Source of the DNA: a virus
Length of the DNA stretch: 64,000 bases
Virus record (IMG/VR): IMGVR_UViG_3300023180_000018
Direction: 5' to 3' (one strand)
Below are positions 55,601 to 64,000 of the stretch, in pieces (position 1 is the first letter of the stretch; every line of letters starts with the position of its first letter). Under the pieces are notes generated by a model. The model worked only from the letters and a program-made list of their open reading frames with translations. It was not told where the DNA came from and searched no databases. A program made the translations under genes and the position numbers.

Positions 55601-57850
55601 ATAGTTATTGTCATTAAAGTTAAGAGTATTTGCTGACTTATCCCAACTAAGAGCTTCACCGCTTGTAGAACCTTCAATGCTAATATCATCTTCGAATAGC
55701 GATGTAGATCTAACACGCAATGTATTTGTGTTAGCTAAATCAGTAATATGAACTTGATTATTATTTGATGTTAATGCAATAGTGTTATCCGGCGAATATA
55801 AGTACGTAGCAACACCATCAATGCCTTCTAAATATCTAGAATCATCTGTCGCTCTTAAAATTAAATTAGTACCTTCAATAACTAAATTTCCAGTTGCAGT
55901 TTCTGCAATGATAGAATTATTTCCAGTATTATCGAAATAAATCTCAAGATCACCGTCTGTACCGAACGTGGCCTTAGCATTGTCATTCCAATTAAATGTT
56001 CTAGTTGTAGCAGTCCATGTTAATGCATCTTCATTTGTTGATACCGCATCAGATTCAAAATCGACATTACCTTGAACTCTTAAGGTATCGGTATTAGCTT
56101 CACCTTCAATATTAATCCCGATGTTTGTTGTTTCTAATTTATTAGCATTATTATAATAAAGTTTAACGGCCAGATTTTCCTGTGCATCGATCAATGTTTC
56201 TAAACCATCAGCACTTCTTACAATAAAATTATTAGTATCTAGATAAACCTTGCCGGTACCAGATGTATCTTGTAAATATGTGTGTGATCCATCGTGACGA
56301 ATTGTGAAATCATCATCATCACCCCATGTAACAATTGTATCATCACGATAATGCCAAGTATTAGCAGATGCATCCCAGAATACGTTATTAGAGTTTAATC
56401 CTGTAGATCCATCGAAGTTTGCATCGCCTAAAACTCTTGCTGTTGAAGTATTAGCTTCGCCATACACTTCGATGCCAGTTGAATTTGTTTGAAGTTTTGC
56501 AGTATTATTATGATAGAGAGTTACTTCGCCAGCAGTATTAGCGACAATAGCATTTACTGTGCCGGTTGCGTTTTGAATTAATAAATTTGTGGCAGTCCAG
56601 ATGTGAGTATTGCCAGTTCCACTATCTACGATGTAACTATGTGAACCATTGTGGTAGATATTAAAATCATCACCTGTTCCCCATGTAGTTCTAACATTAT
56701 CGAGATGGCGCAGATATCCTTGAGTTCCTCGTGAAGCATCCCAGATTACTCTATCAACACCATTATTAGTAAATGCAACATCGCCATTTGCATAGATTGT
56801 CTGTCGTCGAACACCATTAGTTTGAAAATCAATATCAGCTGTTGTTACACCGCGGGCTGTATCATCGACTGATATTACAAGAGATTCATCGTCAATTGTT
56901 TTAATGACTGTATCTAAGTGATTTGTCGTATCAGCTAATGTTGTTTGCCAACCAATACCAGAAACACTGGCGTCTGATTTGCGAATGTTAACCCAGTGAG
57001 CATGACCCGCTGCACCATCAGTCCAATTTGTATTACCAACGTATACATTAGATGTTAATGAACCGTCGACTGTTAATTGATCGACTCGAACTTCAGCATC
57101 AACATCAAGTGCTGTATTTGCTTCAGGCGCAGTCTTTCTAATTCCAAGACCACCGGTGTTAGTGTCATGTGCCCCTTCCCAACGAGCCTGTACTGATGCA
57201 CCAGTTGCGTCATAAAAGTCAACGTTACCACTCGTAACTGTCAGACTATCTTTATTATCAACACGTAAACTTAAGATCGAATCTGCTGTACCATTTGCAC
57301 CAAGGTCTGCATCAATAATTAAACTACCATCATCATTGGTAATAATTTTACCAACTGAGTTAGAAGAGTATGTATTAAACTCAATATTTGCGCCTGTAAT
57401 TTTAAGAGAATCAACTGTAGTATTTCTAACATCACCAGTAACTTGACTACCAATTTCTAAATATTGTTCTACATAAGCATCACCATACGCTCTTAAATCA
57501 CCACTAGTTTCTGATACATGCAAATTTGCATATGTATTAGCGTTTCCAATTACGTTAATATCTTTCCAAACAATAGTTAATAAAGCAGTATTTTGTATTT
57601 CAACATTTGATGTAATAAAAAGATTAGCAGACGTAGTATAGTTACCGCCACGCAAACTATCTTCAATAACGACATCATTCGCTGTAAATTGTCCTGTTAA
57701 TACTGCATCACCATTTGTATTAGCACCAGATGTATTTGCAGTTATAACATTATCGCGCATCAGCACGATCATTTGGTTAGTTTTTTCTAACCAATCACTA
57801 AATGTAGCTGATGCGGCATTTAATTCGTCGAAACCTGATAAAAGAGCCAT
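52691..57850 (-). CDS. very long repetitive tail fibre protein
   Basis: 1719 aa with recurring (F/W/L)G...DL.IYH...S.I...GTG.L and V.LY.NN..KL.T...G..V.G units. Confidence 0.8.
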   Translation of the reverse strand: MALLSGFDELNAASATFSDWLEKTNQMIVLMRDNVITANTSGANTNGDAVLTGQFTANDVVIEDSLRGGNYTTSANLFITSNVEIQNTALLTIVWKDINVIGNANTYANLHVSETSGDLRAYGDAYVEQYLEIGSQVTGDVRNTTVDSLKITGANIEFNTYSSNSVGKIITNDDGSLIIDADLGANGTADSILSLRVDNKDSLTVTSGNVDFYDATGASVQARWEGAHDTNTGGLGIRKTAPEANTALDVDAEVRVDQLTVDGSLTSNVYVGNTNWTDGAAGHAHWVNIRKSDASVSGIGWQTTLADTTNHLDTVIKTIDDESLVISVDDTARGVTTADIDFQTNGVRRQTIYANGDVAFTNNGVDRVIWDASRGTQGYLRHLDNVRTTWGTGDDFNIYHNGSHSYIVDSGTGNTHIWTATNLLIQNATGTVNAIVANTAGEVTLYHNNTAKLQTNSTGIEVYGEANTSTARVLGDANFDGSTGLNSNNVFWDASANTWHYRDDTIVTWGDDDDFTIRHDGSHTYLQDTSGTGKVYLDTNNFIVRSADGLETLIDAQENLAVKLYYNNANKLETTNIGINIEGEANTDTLRVQGNVDFESDAVSTNEDALTWTATTRTFNWNDNAKATFGTDGDLEIYFDNTGNNSIIAETATGNLVIEGTNLILRATDDSRYLEGIDGVATYLYSPDNTIALTSNNNQVHITDLANTNTLRVRSTSLFEDDISIEGSTSGEALSWDKSANTLNFNDNNYATFGTSGDLSIYHDATTSRIDNSTGNIVIKNNADNADILIATDDSNGGVADYIRADGSSGDVVLYHYGTQKLATKSYGVEIEGEANTDTLRVQSNVKFESDAVSTNEDALTWTATTRTMNWNDNAKATFGTDGELEIYFDAAANNSIISESGTGSLIIQATDLTLRAADASRYLVGDDGVGTYLYSPDDSPALLANNNQVHITDLANTSTLRVRSTSLFEDDISIEGSTSVNTLTWDKSANTLNFDDNNFITMGTDADLSIYHTGARANINTAILDVRGSTNTNLFTDKLEVRSHTGSEAYVTATLNGAVVMYHNNAQKLTTQAGGITVTGNVVSDGFVAGDGEKLQLGASQDLQIFHEASGNSIIKESGGGSLVLQGNNMILENTEGGNYIDMAAGGALNLYYAGAAKLATATGGVVVTGNVVSDGFVAGDNERVQLGAAQDLELYHNGTASLITNKTGNLNITNNADNADVIISSDNGSGGITPIISASGTNTSAILYSAATARLQTTNTGVTVTGTIISDGLTMGNSEKVTLGTTMEIFNDGTTSYVRESGTGSLALQANGVVIEDTEGGNYFVGTAGGEATLYHNSVAKLDTQAGGITVTGNVVADGFVAGDNDKLQLGDEQDFQLYHSSADNHSYITENGAGSLIVQGNNVVIENTEGGNYIDMTADGAVELYYAAASKLQTSDTGVNVTGTAVSDGLNVDGSGYVSSKLHVGGTDTPTEAFKVTGTATVTSSSTLTGAVTFGSTAKPNETGQDLGDSTHRWDAFLSNTSVATYLYPATSGDDLGSSSLRWDIFGNDANINALTVNNNTVLGSDGADTLTVNAESDFNANATFTNIIVEGVANIFSLEIEVLTANGVAMLATETAVTATGDQEIDSLPFSESRGFKYIVQGRNENDATSAYGVEIMCVHNGTDVFFSRYGEISNSIDVTITPTTNNSHIILNANCPDATGTDIHRFNVVKIETT

Positions 57851-57855
57851 TCAAT

Positions 57856-58059
57856 TTAACCTATCTTTGCGTGAAAATCCGTAAGTATTTTTTTAATTTG
57901 TATTATATCTTTTTCTATTTTAGAAAGTCTTTTATCAACTTCTATTTGTCTAAAAGACTTTTCCCTTTCCATTTTATATCTTTTAAAATCATCAATGTTT
58001 GTATTAATAACAGCCCCATCATCAGTTTTAATAAAATCATCACTATTGTTATTTATCAT
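57856..58059 (-). CDS. small conserved protein following baseplate genes
   Basis: GAVINTN...YKMER followed by a coiled coil. Confidence 0.6.
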   Translation of the reverse strand: MINNNSDDFIKTDDGAVINTNIDDFKRYKMEREKSFRQIEVDKRLSKIEKDIIQIKKILTDFHAKIG

Positions 58060-58060
58060 A

Positions 58061-60832
58061 TTATGCAGAAACTCCTATCACTCTATAATCATCTATAGAA
58101 GGAACAATGGTAGATGAATCAGATAATAATACTGTCTTAATTGCAATAGCATTATATGTATCATATACTCCACCATTTTGACTAAAATATCTTACTATAT
58201 TAAAATTATCAGTGTTGTTAAACGCAGTGTATGGCGTAGAAATCTTATCAATTTTTAATCCAGTATCTTGTATATTTACATTTGCTACTGCTTCATGTAA
58301 AGTAATTTGTAAATCATTATCTACAGTATCTACTAAAAATATACCATAATTTTCTTCGAATAATGGACTATAAATTTTAACCACATCACCAGATGATAAG
58401 TCAGAAGTAAATGTTGTATTAACACCGGTTACTACAGTAGTGCCAGCATTAGTATCAACAGTTCCACTTAGTGTACTTGCACTTGGAGGATATGCAGGAA
58501 ATCCAAATTCTACTTCAATTAAATCATCTAAATCGCTTACATCACTAAATACATTTTCATTGCCGGATGTTACTTCTAATTCTGTCCAAAATTTGTCATC
58601 AAAAAGATCAGGGTCGGATTCGTTTATAATTTTAGCATAACACTTAAAATCTGTACCCGGTGGTTTATGCGCAGTATATATTACTCTAACATCTTCTGCA
58701 TTAACACCATCGCCAAATACTAATTTTTTAGAAATATGTTTACTAGCAGCTTCTCCATCATTAGTGTGTTCATTTGCATAATCGTTATTAATTTCAAAAT
58801 AAGAAGTCGCAATAGAAGAATTTTCTACGTCAAAATCTGGTGATTCGTATGTAGTAGCCGTTTCACCATTCCAACGATATAATATTCTAATTCTACAGGA
58901 TTTATCTCCAGTACCATCATCATTTTCATCATACAAATGTGTTCCATTAACTACTTCTGAAGATCTAGATAATATATATGGTGTGTATACAGCCTGTGAT
59001 GTAGAATTTATAAATTGCTCTAAGAAATTAGGAGAATTCATTTCAATTTGTCTTGTATAATCTGACGTTGTACTAACTCTAAAATTAGTACCATCAAAAT
59101 AAGTAAAAGATCCTTCTACAATAACTGTAGTTCTAGAAGGAATATCTAAATCAAATTTTGGCGTAAAAGCAGAAATTGGTAATACATCTAAAGTAGAAAC
59201 ATCGCCAGACGCACCCGAATCAATTCCAATAACAGTAGAACCAACTTCAAATCTATTTGTTGAAGTAGCTTCGGAATCTGTACAGATTAAAGTATCTCCA
59301 AGTGGATCCCAATGATATACTTGAGCCACTACAGGTTTTTTATGAGTACCATTAGTAATTGAATATGGTGCTAAATTTTTTACAATTATTCTTGTATCAC
59401 TTTTAACATCACTAATTTCAAAAATTTCAGTATTTCCAGCAGTTCCATCTGTAAGTAAAATCCAATCATCATCATTAAAATCTGCAGTAAATGTTGTATT
59501 AACACCTGTTATAATTCGATCATTACCTGTTATACTAATTGTGCCTGTTAATGTTGAAGAATCTTTATATACATATTCTCCGCCAATATAATCACCAGTG
59601 ACAGTGCCCATTGTAAAAAATTCATAATCTTCATTGACAATATTAACAGCAGCCACAGCGCTCTCATATTCGCATCCCTCAATGTCAAATTTTAAATCTT
59701 CAGTAGTTGATGCTTTTTGTTTAATATAAGATTTTGATGCGTTTGGCTTATTCTTATATCCAATATATAAATCACCTTGATGATCTTTTTGTGCACCACC
59801 AGATTTAGTATTAGTTCCAGTTTTTCTATCACCAACTTTACATGTCCACAACTCATACACATTATCTTGATATGCTACGGTAAAAGCATAATATTTTCCA
59901 GTTTTAACTCTTACTGGAGTATCAAAATCAAAAGTAGTTGCAATAGATGCATCTGAAGAAGTATTGATTTCTGATAATGTTAATGCAACTTTAGAAGATT
60001 CGTATTCTCTTTTAAAAACTGGAATTCCATCTTCAACATCAATCAAACTAACAATTACGCCTTTATCTTTTCTACCTTTACCAGAAATTGGATTTGGTTT
60101 TTTCTTAAAATATAAATTAATTCCAGTTAAATCTACAGTTTTTGCGCCTCCAAGTTTAGCATCATTTAAAAAGAAAGTTTGTACATAATCAAAATCTGCT
60201 TCTTGCTTTATTGTACGCGTACGAATCTGCGACGCGCGTTTGACAAGCTTTGGCTGTTTAGGTAATACAAATTTACCTACTCCTTGGACTCCAAGTAACT
60301 GATCTGCAATATCTTTTGCAATCTTTACTGGAGCAGTATTTGAAGTAGGTGCAATTACGTTTAATTTTTCTAATGTTTTATTGTTAATAGTAACATTAGT
60401 CGTATTTAATGTTGTTCCAAATGGAATTAGAGTAATACTTTCTTCAGATAAAGTCTTTTCTTTCATACTCATTAATTGCTCTACAGTTCCTCTTGGAATT
60501 TTCTGCCAAGCAAGCCAATACATAGAGAAAGATAAATCACCATCTTCGTCAGTCCATAAGAAAGTTTGACCATATCTGTTTCCATCACCAGAAACACCTT
60601 TTGGCTTATAACCTCTAGAACCACCATAACCATAACACCATTCAGTAATATTAAGATCTTGAAAAAATACTTTATATTTTGTATTAGGTTTTAAATTTTT
60701 AAACGTAAAAGGTCCGCGCCTTTGAATTGGTTGTATTGAAGAAGCAACGTCACTGGTTTCTCTCAAACCTTTAAATGAAGAATTAAGATCTAATTTAAAA
60801 TTCGATCCTAAGTTACCTAAATTAATATTCAT
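58061..60832 (-). CDS. baseplate/virion structural protein (C-terminal half of a VrlC/DUF4815-like protein)
   Basis: YVQTFF, INLYFKKK, EDLKF, ASKHISK, YNAIAIKTVLLS...P.IDDYRVI. Confidence 0.65.
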   Translation of the reverse strand: MNINLGNLGSNFKLDLNSSFKGLRETSDVASSIQPIQRRGPFTFKNLKPNTKYKVFFQDLNITEWCYGYGGSRGYKPKGVSGDGNRYGQTFLWTDEDGDLSFSMYWLAWQKIPRGTVEQLMSMKEKTLSEESITLIPFGTTLNTTNVTINNKTLEKLNVIAPTSNTAPVKIAKDIADQLLGVQGVGKFVLPKQPKLVKRASQIRTRTIKQEADFDYVQTFFLNDAKLGGAKTVDLTGINLYFKKKPNPISGKGRKDKGVIVSLIDVEDGIPVFKREYESSKVALTLSEINTSSDASIATTFDFDTPVRVKTGKYYAFTVAYQDNVYELWTCKVGDRKTGTNTKSGGAQKDHQGDLYIGYKNKPNASKSYIKQKASTTEDLKFDIEGCEYESAVAAVNIVNEDYEFFTMGTVTGDYIGGEYVYKDSSTLTGTISITGNDRIITGVNTTFTADFNDDDWILLTDGTAGNTEIFEISDVKSDTRIIVKNLAPYSITNGTHKKPVVAQVYHWDPLGDTLICTDSEATSTNRFEVGSTVIGIDSGASGDVSTLDVLPISAFTPKFDLDIPSRTTVIVEGSFTYFDGTNFRVSTTSDYTRQIEMNSPNFLEQFINSTSQAVYTPYILSRSSEVVNGTHLYDENDDGTGDKSCRIRILYRWNGETATTYESPDFDVENSSIATSYFEINNDYANEHTNDGEAASKHISKKLVFGDGVNAEDVRVIYTAHKPPGTDFKCYAKIINESDPDLFDDKFWTELEVTSGNENVFSDVSDLDDLIEVEFGFPAYPPSASTLSGTVDTNAGTTVVTGVNTTFTSDLSSGDVVKIYSPLFEENYGIFLVDTVDNDLQITLHEAVANVNIQDTGLKIDKISTPYTAFNNTDNFNIVRYFSQNGGVYDTYNAIAIKTVLLSDSSTIVPSIDDYRVIGVSA

Positions 60833-60834
60833 CT

Positions 60835-63800
60835 CTAAATGCCTCCAATGTTGCCAATATTAATTTTTCCAATTTTAATACCTTTAATTGCAATGTTTTT
60901 TGTAACGTCTACTTTAACTGTCGTAGACGGTGCTTTTGGTTTACTGCCTGAAATTTTAGCAGTAATAGCTGCTATTGCAGGTGGTACGATTCCTTTTGAT
61001 AAATCTACACTTTTAACCACATTCTTAGGTGGAGCTGGTCTTGGCACTTTCCTCTTTTTCTTAGGAAGCGCTGGTGGCTCCGGCGGTGGCGGTGGCGGTA
61101 GATTTGGAACTGGTGGTTTTGGTGGAACCACTATTCTAGCACTGCTAGTTCTAACGCTTCCAGTCTGCTTAAACGTATCAAGAAGATCTCTAGTTCGAGC
61201 ATCCACTTTATGATCTTCACTGAAAATTATTCTTCTTGTAGAAGGCGTCTTAGGCGGCCGCTTAGGAGGTCTAGCCGGCACGACTTTAGGTGGTGCCTTA
61301 GGCGTCTTAGGCGGACTAACTACTTGCACCGTTGCTGCTATTGGAATGTTAATAGGTACAGTAGCACTAAATCCATAACCGCTAATATTTATTGTTTGCG
61401 GTAACACCACTACATCTCCAGTCGTTGTTGGAGCTGTAGAAGGTGGAACAGAAGGTGGCGAAGGCACGGGTGTTGGTGGCTTCGGCGGTGCAGGTGGAGG
61501 AGTTGCTGGAAGAGTCACAGCTACCGGTGGAGGATTAGTTGGAGGTGGAACTTTAACCGGATTTGCTTGATACACCGGATCAATCACTAATTTTGGAGCT
61601 GGATAGCAGAAAACTGCGTTCCAAGCTGTACCAACACCACTTCTAACAGTAATTGTAATTTTATTTCCAAGAGATGAATTATAAGTAAAATCATATGCTC
61701 CTAGATTAGTAACCCAATAGTTATTATCATATACTGCATTTGCCTTCACCGACCCTGCAGGTCCTTCGTCCCAGCGAATCCTTGAGCTCTTACCACCAGG
61801 CTTTTCTCTTTTTTCTGCTGCAGTAAGAGTTCTAAACGCTTTAGTAGAACTAGTGAATAAAGTAGTAGATCCCTGTTTTACTTCAAAACGATCAGCACCG
61901 TTATACACATCAAAAAATATTGTACATATTTGTCCATTGGCTGCACTATTAGATGATAATGTAAAAGTGTATGAATCTGATGGGAAAATTGATTCTTCGC
62001 CATTAAGTCCTGGGCCATTAGTGTTATTTTTATTTTTAATTGCTACACACTTAGTTTCTACCTCTTCTACTACAACAGGTGGAGGAGGAATTACTGGTGG
62101 TGGAACTGGTCTTTCACGTGTCGGTGGAACCACTGGAGGAGGTGGAGGTACTACAATTACAGGTCCATCTGTAGAACTTTTTTGACTAACAATATTAACA
62201 ACATTATATTTAAATTTAATCTTTTTACCATCACTATTTGTTGAACCATTATTAGCAGGCCTAAATGCAACTTCTAAAGGATTCTTAGATGGGCGTAGTC
62301 TATAATCATATATTGAAGAGTTTTGTGCAGGATCGTCTACGTTAGTCATTGATGCATCAATAAATTCATCAGTAAAAAATCCAAATTTATATCTTTCTAA
62401 AGTAGGATCAACTGAACTAGATAATACTTTATTTTTAACTTTTGTTTCATTATCACTTAAACTTACATAATATTCTAAAGCTGCAATCCTGTTTTCTAAG
62501 GACTTAATTTCATCCATACTATATCCAGGAGTTTGCATAGAACTCGCTTCAGTTGTAATAGTATATCTTTCCAATCTTCCGGTTTGAATAGTTTCATTAT
62601 AAACATTAACTGCTAATATCTCAGTCATGTTTTCTGATAATCTTTCAGGAAGAGATGGATATGGAGGAATATCAGCAGTATATAATAAGAACTCATCTGC
62701 CTGTCTAGCTTGTCTTAATTTTTCTCCTTCTAATATATCGAAAGTACCATCAGTATTTAAAATAATACTATCATCTCTAGAATCGTAATAAGTATAACTT
62801 AGTGTTATATCACCTTCTGGTACTGGAAACCTTTTATCTGTAGCAGCAAATCTAGTAGACTCTGTTACTGCACTTGGATTAGTTGGTGCTAATGCAGGAT
62901 CTGTCTGATATGTTGTTGTAGCTGAGGTGATAGGTCTAAAATCTAAAACTTCTCTTAAATCATAATAGTTTCCCTCAGGTCCTGTGATTTCAGGAATTTC
63001 TAATGTATTAATTACAGTTCCATCAGTATCTAATTCTGATAATGTTTTTGTATCATCTAAAGAATATGAAGAAATAGTTTTTAATCCTTCTGAAGACGTT
63101 GTAAAGCAATCTAATTCAATTAAATATACATCACTCGCACCTACTGTCCATTTTGGATTTTTCTTTAAATGTAAATAACCAACGTCTGCGTAATTTGTTT
63201 TATGATTATGATTTACGTAAAAATAATTTGTAATATTTGTATCGCTAGTAGTAGAACCGTCATAAACTGCACGAAGTCTAAAAATATCTGGTATACCTAA
63301 ACACCATGGTCCAGATGTACCTGCAGCATTAGATGAAACATCAATCTTGACATAAACTTTTCTATTAACTGTTTTTGATGTTGGATTAGTTAAAGTTATT
63401 TTTTGATTGAAGATAATTGATGTAGTTCCAACCCCAGATGTTAAACTCTCTCCGAGATCAATATCTAAATTATTTCCATTTACAGTAGCAGTTCTATTAG
63501 CCCTAGTTGAAAACTCAATTGGAACATTTGCAGGTAATATTCTTTCAAAAGTTGCAGATGCATCAATATCTGCTAATGCAGCGGTGGGTTGAAATTTAAA
63601 AGAAGTATTGTTAAGAATACTTCGTACTCGAATAATAGCTGTATTAGAACCACCATCGGTTAATTTAAGATAATCACCATCAGTCAATTCTGAAGTAAAT
63701 TGTGTACTTAATCCAGTCAATGTTCCACTACTATCTGAAGAATACGTTCCAGAAATACTATCTGATATGATTAAATCAGTTTCAGGCGTAATTATAATTT

Positions 63801-63999
63801 CTCTTTTTTCAGCAGTAGTGAGGGAACCAACGTATGGCCATGCAGCACCAGCATCTGCAGCAACGCTGAATTGGGAAAGAGTATCTACGATAATGCCAGT
63901 TTCTTCAGTTTTATATTTGTACGTAATGTTGGTTGTTTCTACTAAAGGCAATTGCGTATTATACATTAATGCGTTATTAGCAACACCATATAATTTAGC
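60835..63999 (-). CDS. VrlC/DUF4815-like virion structural protein with Pro-rich tail (5'-truncated by window)
   Basis: DLREVLDFRP, GYSMDEIKSLENRIAALEYYVSLS, RYKFGFFTDEF; the frame stays open to the window edge. Confidence 0.7.
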   Translation of the reverse strand, partial: AKLYGVANNALMYNTQLPLVETTNITYKYKTEETGIIVDTLSQFSVAADAGAAWPYVGSLTTAEKREIIITPETDLIISDSISGTYSSDSSGTLTGLSTQFTSELTDGDYLKLTDGGSNTAIIRVRSILNNTSFKFQPTAALADIDASATFERILPANVPIEFSTRANRTATVNGNNLDIDLGESLTSGVGTTSIIFNQKITLTNPTSKTVNRKVYVKIDVSSNAAGTSGPWCLGIPDIFRLRAVYDGSTTSDTNITNYFYVNHNHKTNYADVGYLHLKKNPKWTVGASDVYLIELDCFTTSSEGLKTISSYSLDDTKTLSELDTDGTVINTLEIPEITGPEGNYYDLREVLDFRPITSATTTYQTDPALAPTNPSAVTESTRFAATDKRFPVPEGDITLSYTYYDSRDDSIILNTDGTFDILEGEKLRQARQADEFLLYTADIPPYPSLPERLSENMTEILAVNVYNETIQTGRLERYTITTEASSMQTPGYSMDEIKSLENRIAALEYYVSLSDNETKVKNKVLSSSVDPTLERYKFGFFTDEFIDASMTNVDDPAQNSSIYDYRLRPSKNPLEVAFRPANNGSTNSDGKKIKFKYNVVNIVSQKSSTDGPVIVVPPPPPVVPPTRERPVPPPVIPPPPVVVEEVETKCVAIKNKNNTNGPGLNGEESIFPSDSYTFTLSSNSAANGQICTIFFDVYNGADRFEVKQGSTTLFTSSTKAFRTLTAAEKREKPGGKSSRIRWDEGPAGSVKANAVYDNNYWVTNLGAYDFTYNSSLGNKITITVRSGVGTAWNAVFCYPAPKLVIDPVYQANPVKVPPPTNPPPVAVTLPATPPPAPPKPPTPVPSPPSVPPSTAPTTTGDVVVLPQTINISGYGFSATVPINIPIAATVQVVSPPKTPKAPPKVVPARPPKRPPKTPSTRRIIFSEDHKVDARTRDLLDTFKQTGSVRTSSARIVVPPKPPVPNLPPPPPPEPPALPKKKRKVPRPAPPKNVVKSVDLSKGIVPPAIAAITAKISGSKPKAPSTTVKVDVTKNIAIKGIKIGKINIGNIGGI

Positions 64000-64000
64000 A

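Noticed and set aside
60839-62185. Gly-rich plus-strand ORFs
   Set aside because: Antisense reading of polyproline codons
1-64000. tRNA/rRNA genes, reverse transcriptase, integrase
   Set aside because: None recognised; intergenic gaps are mostly too short, though a covariance-model scan was not possible

Overview
AT-rich segment of a large T4-like myophage genome; the gene order resembles marine or environmental T4-like phages, and the host cannot be determined from this window. Essentially all real genes are on the minus strand. In transcription order (right to left): baseplate and tail-fibre genes (64000-42250), a Thr-rich repeat fibre with a downstream glycosyltransferase-like cassette (42232-36797), the gp13-gp20 morphogenesis block, a ~10 kb accessory structural insert (collagen-like protein, degenerate Hint domain, beta-rich proteins), gp67-like/gp21/gp22/gp23, GMP reductase, gp3, uvsY, uvsW, gp55, two tandem carbamoyltransferases, gp47, gp46, a JmjC protein, peptide deformylase, a MazG-like NTP pyrophosphatase and small early genes. 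T4-type late promoters (TATAAATA), sigma70-type promoters and a CUUCGG terminator are visible. The standout observation is the 933-aa Thr-rich protein (39431-42232). Its two 376-aa arms each hold 22 repeat units whose lengths are exact mirror images around a central GC-rich tip domain, and the unit types pair in a complementary way (A:B, a:b, self-complementary C:C and D:D). This implies a giant antiparallel protein hairpin with a pairing code. All family assignments come from motif recognition by eye, not from database searches.
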